Under the pieces are notes generated by a model. It made no database searches. It was not told where the DNA came from and saw only the letters and a program-made list of their open reading frames with translations. 64,000 bases of DNA from Rhabdothermincola salaria (GTDB lineage Bacteria > Actinomycetota > Acidimicrobiia > Acidimicrobiales > Acidimicrobilacustridaceae), in assembly GCF_021246445.1 (NCBI RefSeq), contig NZ_JAJQXW010000003.1, positions 62,001 to 126,000 of the forward strand, in the 5' to 3' direction. This document shows, one piece after another, positions 61,015 to 64,000 of the stretch. Made by a program: the position numbers and the translations under genes. How positions within the stretch are numbered: the stretch's first letter is position 1; each line of letters starts with the position of its first letter.

Positions 61015-61583
61015 CAGTCCTCCAGCAGCTCGGTTTCCTTGACGGCCAGGGCCTTGTCGATCTCGGCCTCCTGGGCGTGGATGATCTTGTCCAGCTCCTT
61101 CTCGGCCCGGGCCAGCTCGTCGCCGGACAGGTCTCCGTCCTTCTCCAGGGCGTCGAGCTCGTGGCGGGTCTGGCGTCGCACCTGGCGCAGGGCGATGCGG
61201 CCCTCCTCGGCCATGTGCTTGACGACCTTCACCAGCTCCTTGCGCCGGTCCTGGGTGAGCGGCGGGAACGACAGCCGGATGGAGTGGCCGTCGTTGCTCG
61301 GGTTCAACCCGAGGTCGGAGTGCTGGATCGCCTTCTCGATGGCCCCCATGGCGCCCTTGTCGAACGGGGTGATGATCAGCTGGCGGGCCTCGGGCACCGA
61401 GAACCCGGCGAGCTGCTGCATCGGGACCTCGGAGCCGTAGTAGTCGACCACGATGCGCTCGACGAGCGCCGGCGCCGCCCGGCCGGTGCGGATGCTCGAG
61501 AACTCCGACTTGGCGTGGGTCACCGCCTTCTTCATCTTCTCGAGGCCTTCGGCCAGGGCCAGGTCGGCCATCTCGCTCGTCAT
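61014..61583 (-). CDS. frr: Ribosome recycling factor
   Basis: IRTGRA, VDYYG, LGLNPSNDG, PPLTQDRRKEL; SD GAAGGAG. Confidence 0.98.
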   Translation of the reverse strand: MTSEMADLALAEGLEKMKKAVTHAKSEFSSIRTGRAAPALVERIVVDYYGSEVPMQQLAGFSVPEARQLIITPFDKGAMGAIEKAIQHSDLGLNPSNDGHSIRLSFPPLTQDRRKELVKVVKHMAEEGRIALRQVRRQTRHELDALEKDGDLSGDELARAEKELDKIIHAQEAEIDKALAVKETELLED

Positions 61584-61782
61584 CTGGGGGACTCCTTCAC
61601 GTCGGCCTCGCCGGGCGGTGCGGTCGCGGCGAACAGCGAACCCGGGTACGCCCGGCGCACCTCCGCCAGCGGGGCGGGGTGCCTCGGATGGTGGCGGGCC
61701 CACGGCCCGACCGGATGACAGCGACGCTACCCCTTCGACGCCGCGCCCGGCATCCATGCCGCCGGGGCCGGCGCCACCGGGG

Positions 61783-64000
<2,218 letters not shown>

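Overview
High-GC (~70%+) actinobacterial chromosome segment, most consistent with class Acidimicrobiia (inference from gene order, Cheo-type LexA boxes and protein style). It is mostly core genome on the minus strand: rpsB-tsf-pyrH-frr-cdsA-dxr-rseP-ispG-proS-rimP-nusA-infB-DUF503-rbfA-truB-ribF, rpsO-pnp-M16 peptidase-dapB, dapA-bioB-bsaP, ftsK, rimO-pgsA-cinA, recA-miaB-miaA-dapF-hflX-dapC-dapD-dapE, lexA/LysM-nrdR and class II RNR nrdJ. Accessory insertions include a secreted lipase, a sulfotransferase, a CcdA/thioredoxin pair, msrB-thpR, and an acyl-CoA ligase-SURF1-TetR-TetR-diiron enzyme cluster. I found no rRNA, tRNA, CRISPR, transposase or phage genes. The best leads are regulatory and enzymological: (1) a tandem TetR pair with two 30-bp-periodic, N13-spaced palindromic operators in front of an uncharacterised diiron enzyme; (2) a 17-bp motif shared by the recA and LysM promoters that resembles a PafBC/RecA-NDp promoter, next to LexA boxes; (3) a DapF whose first catalytic Cys is replaced by Ser; (4) many apparently leaderless promoters; (5) a structured nusA-infB spacer; (6) a DnaA-box-like array upstream of nrdJ. 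All calls come from reading the sequence only; no database searches were run.
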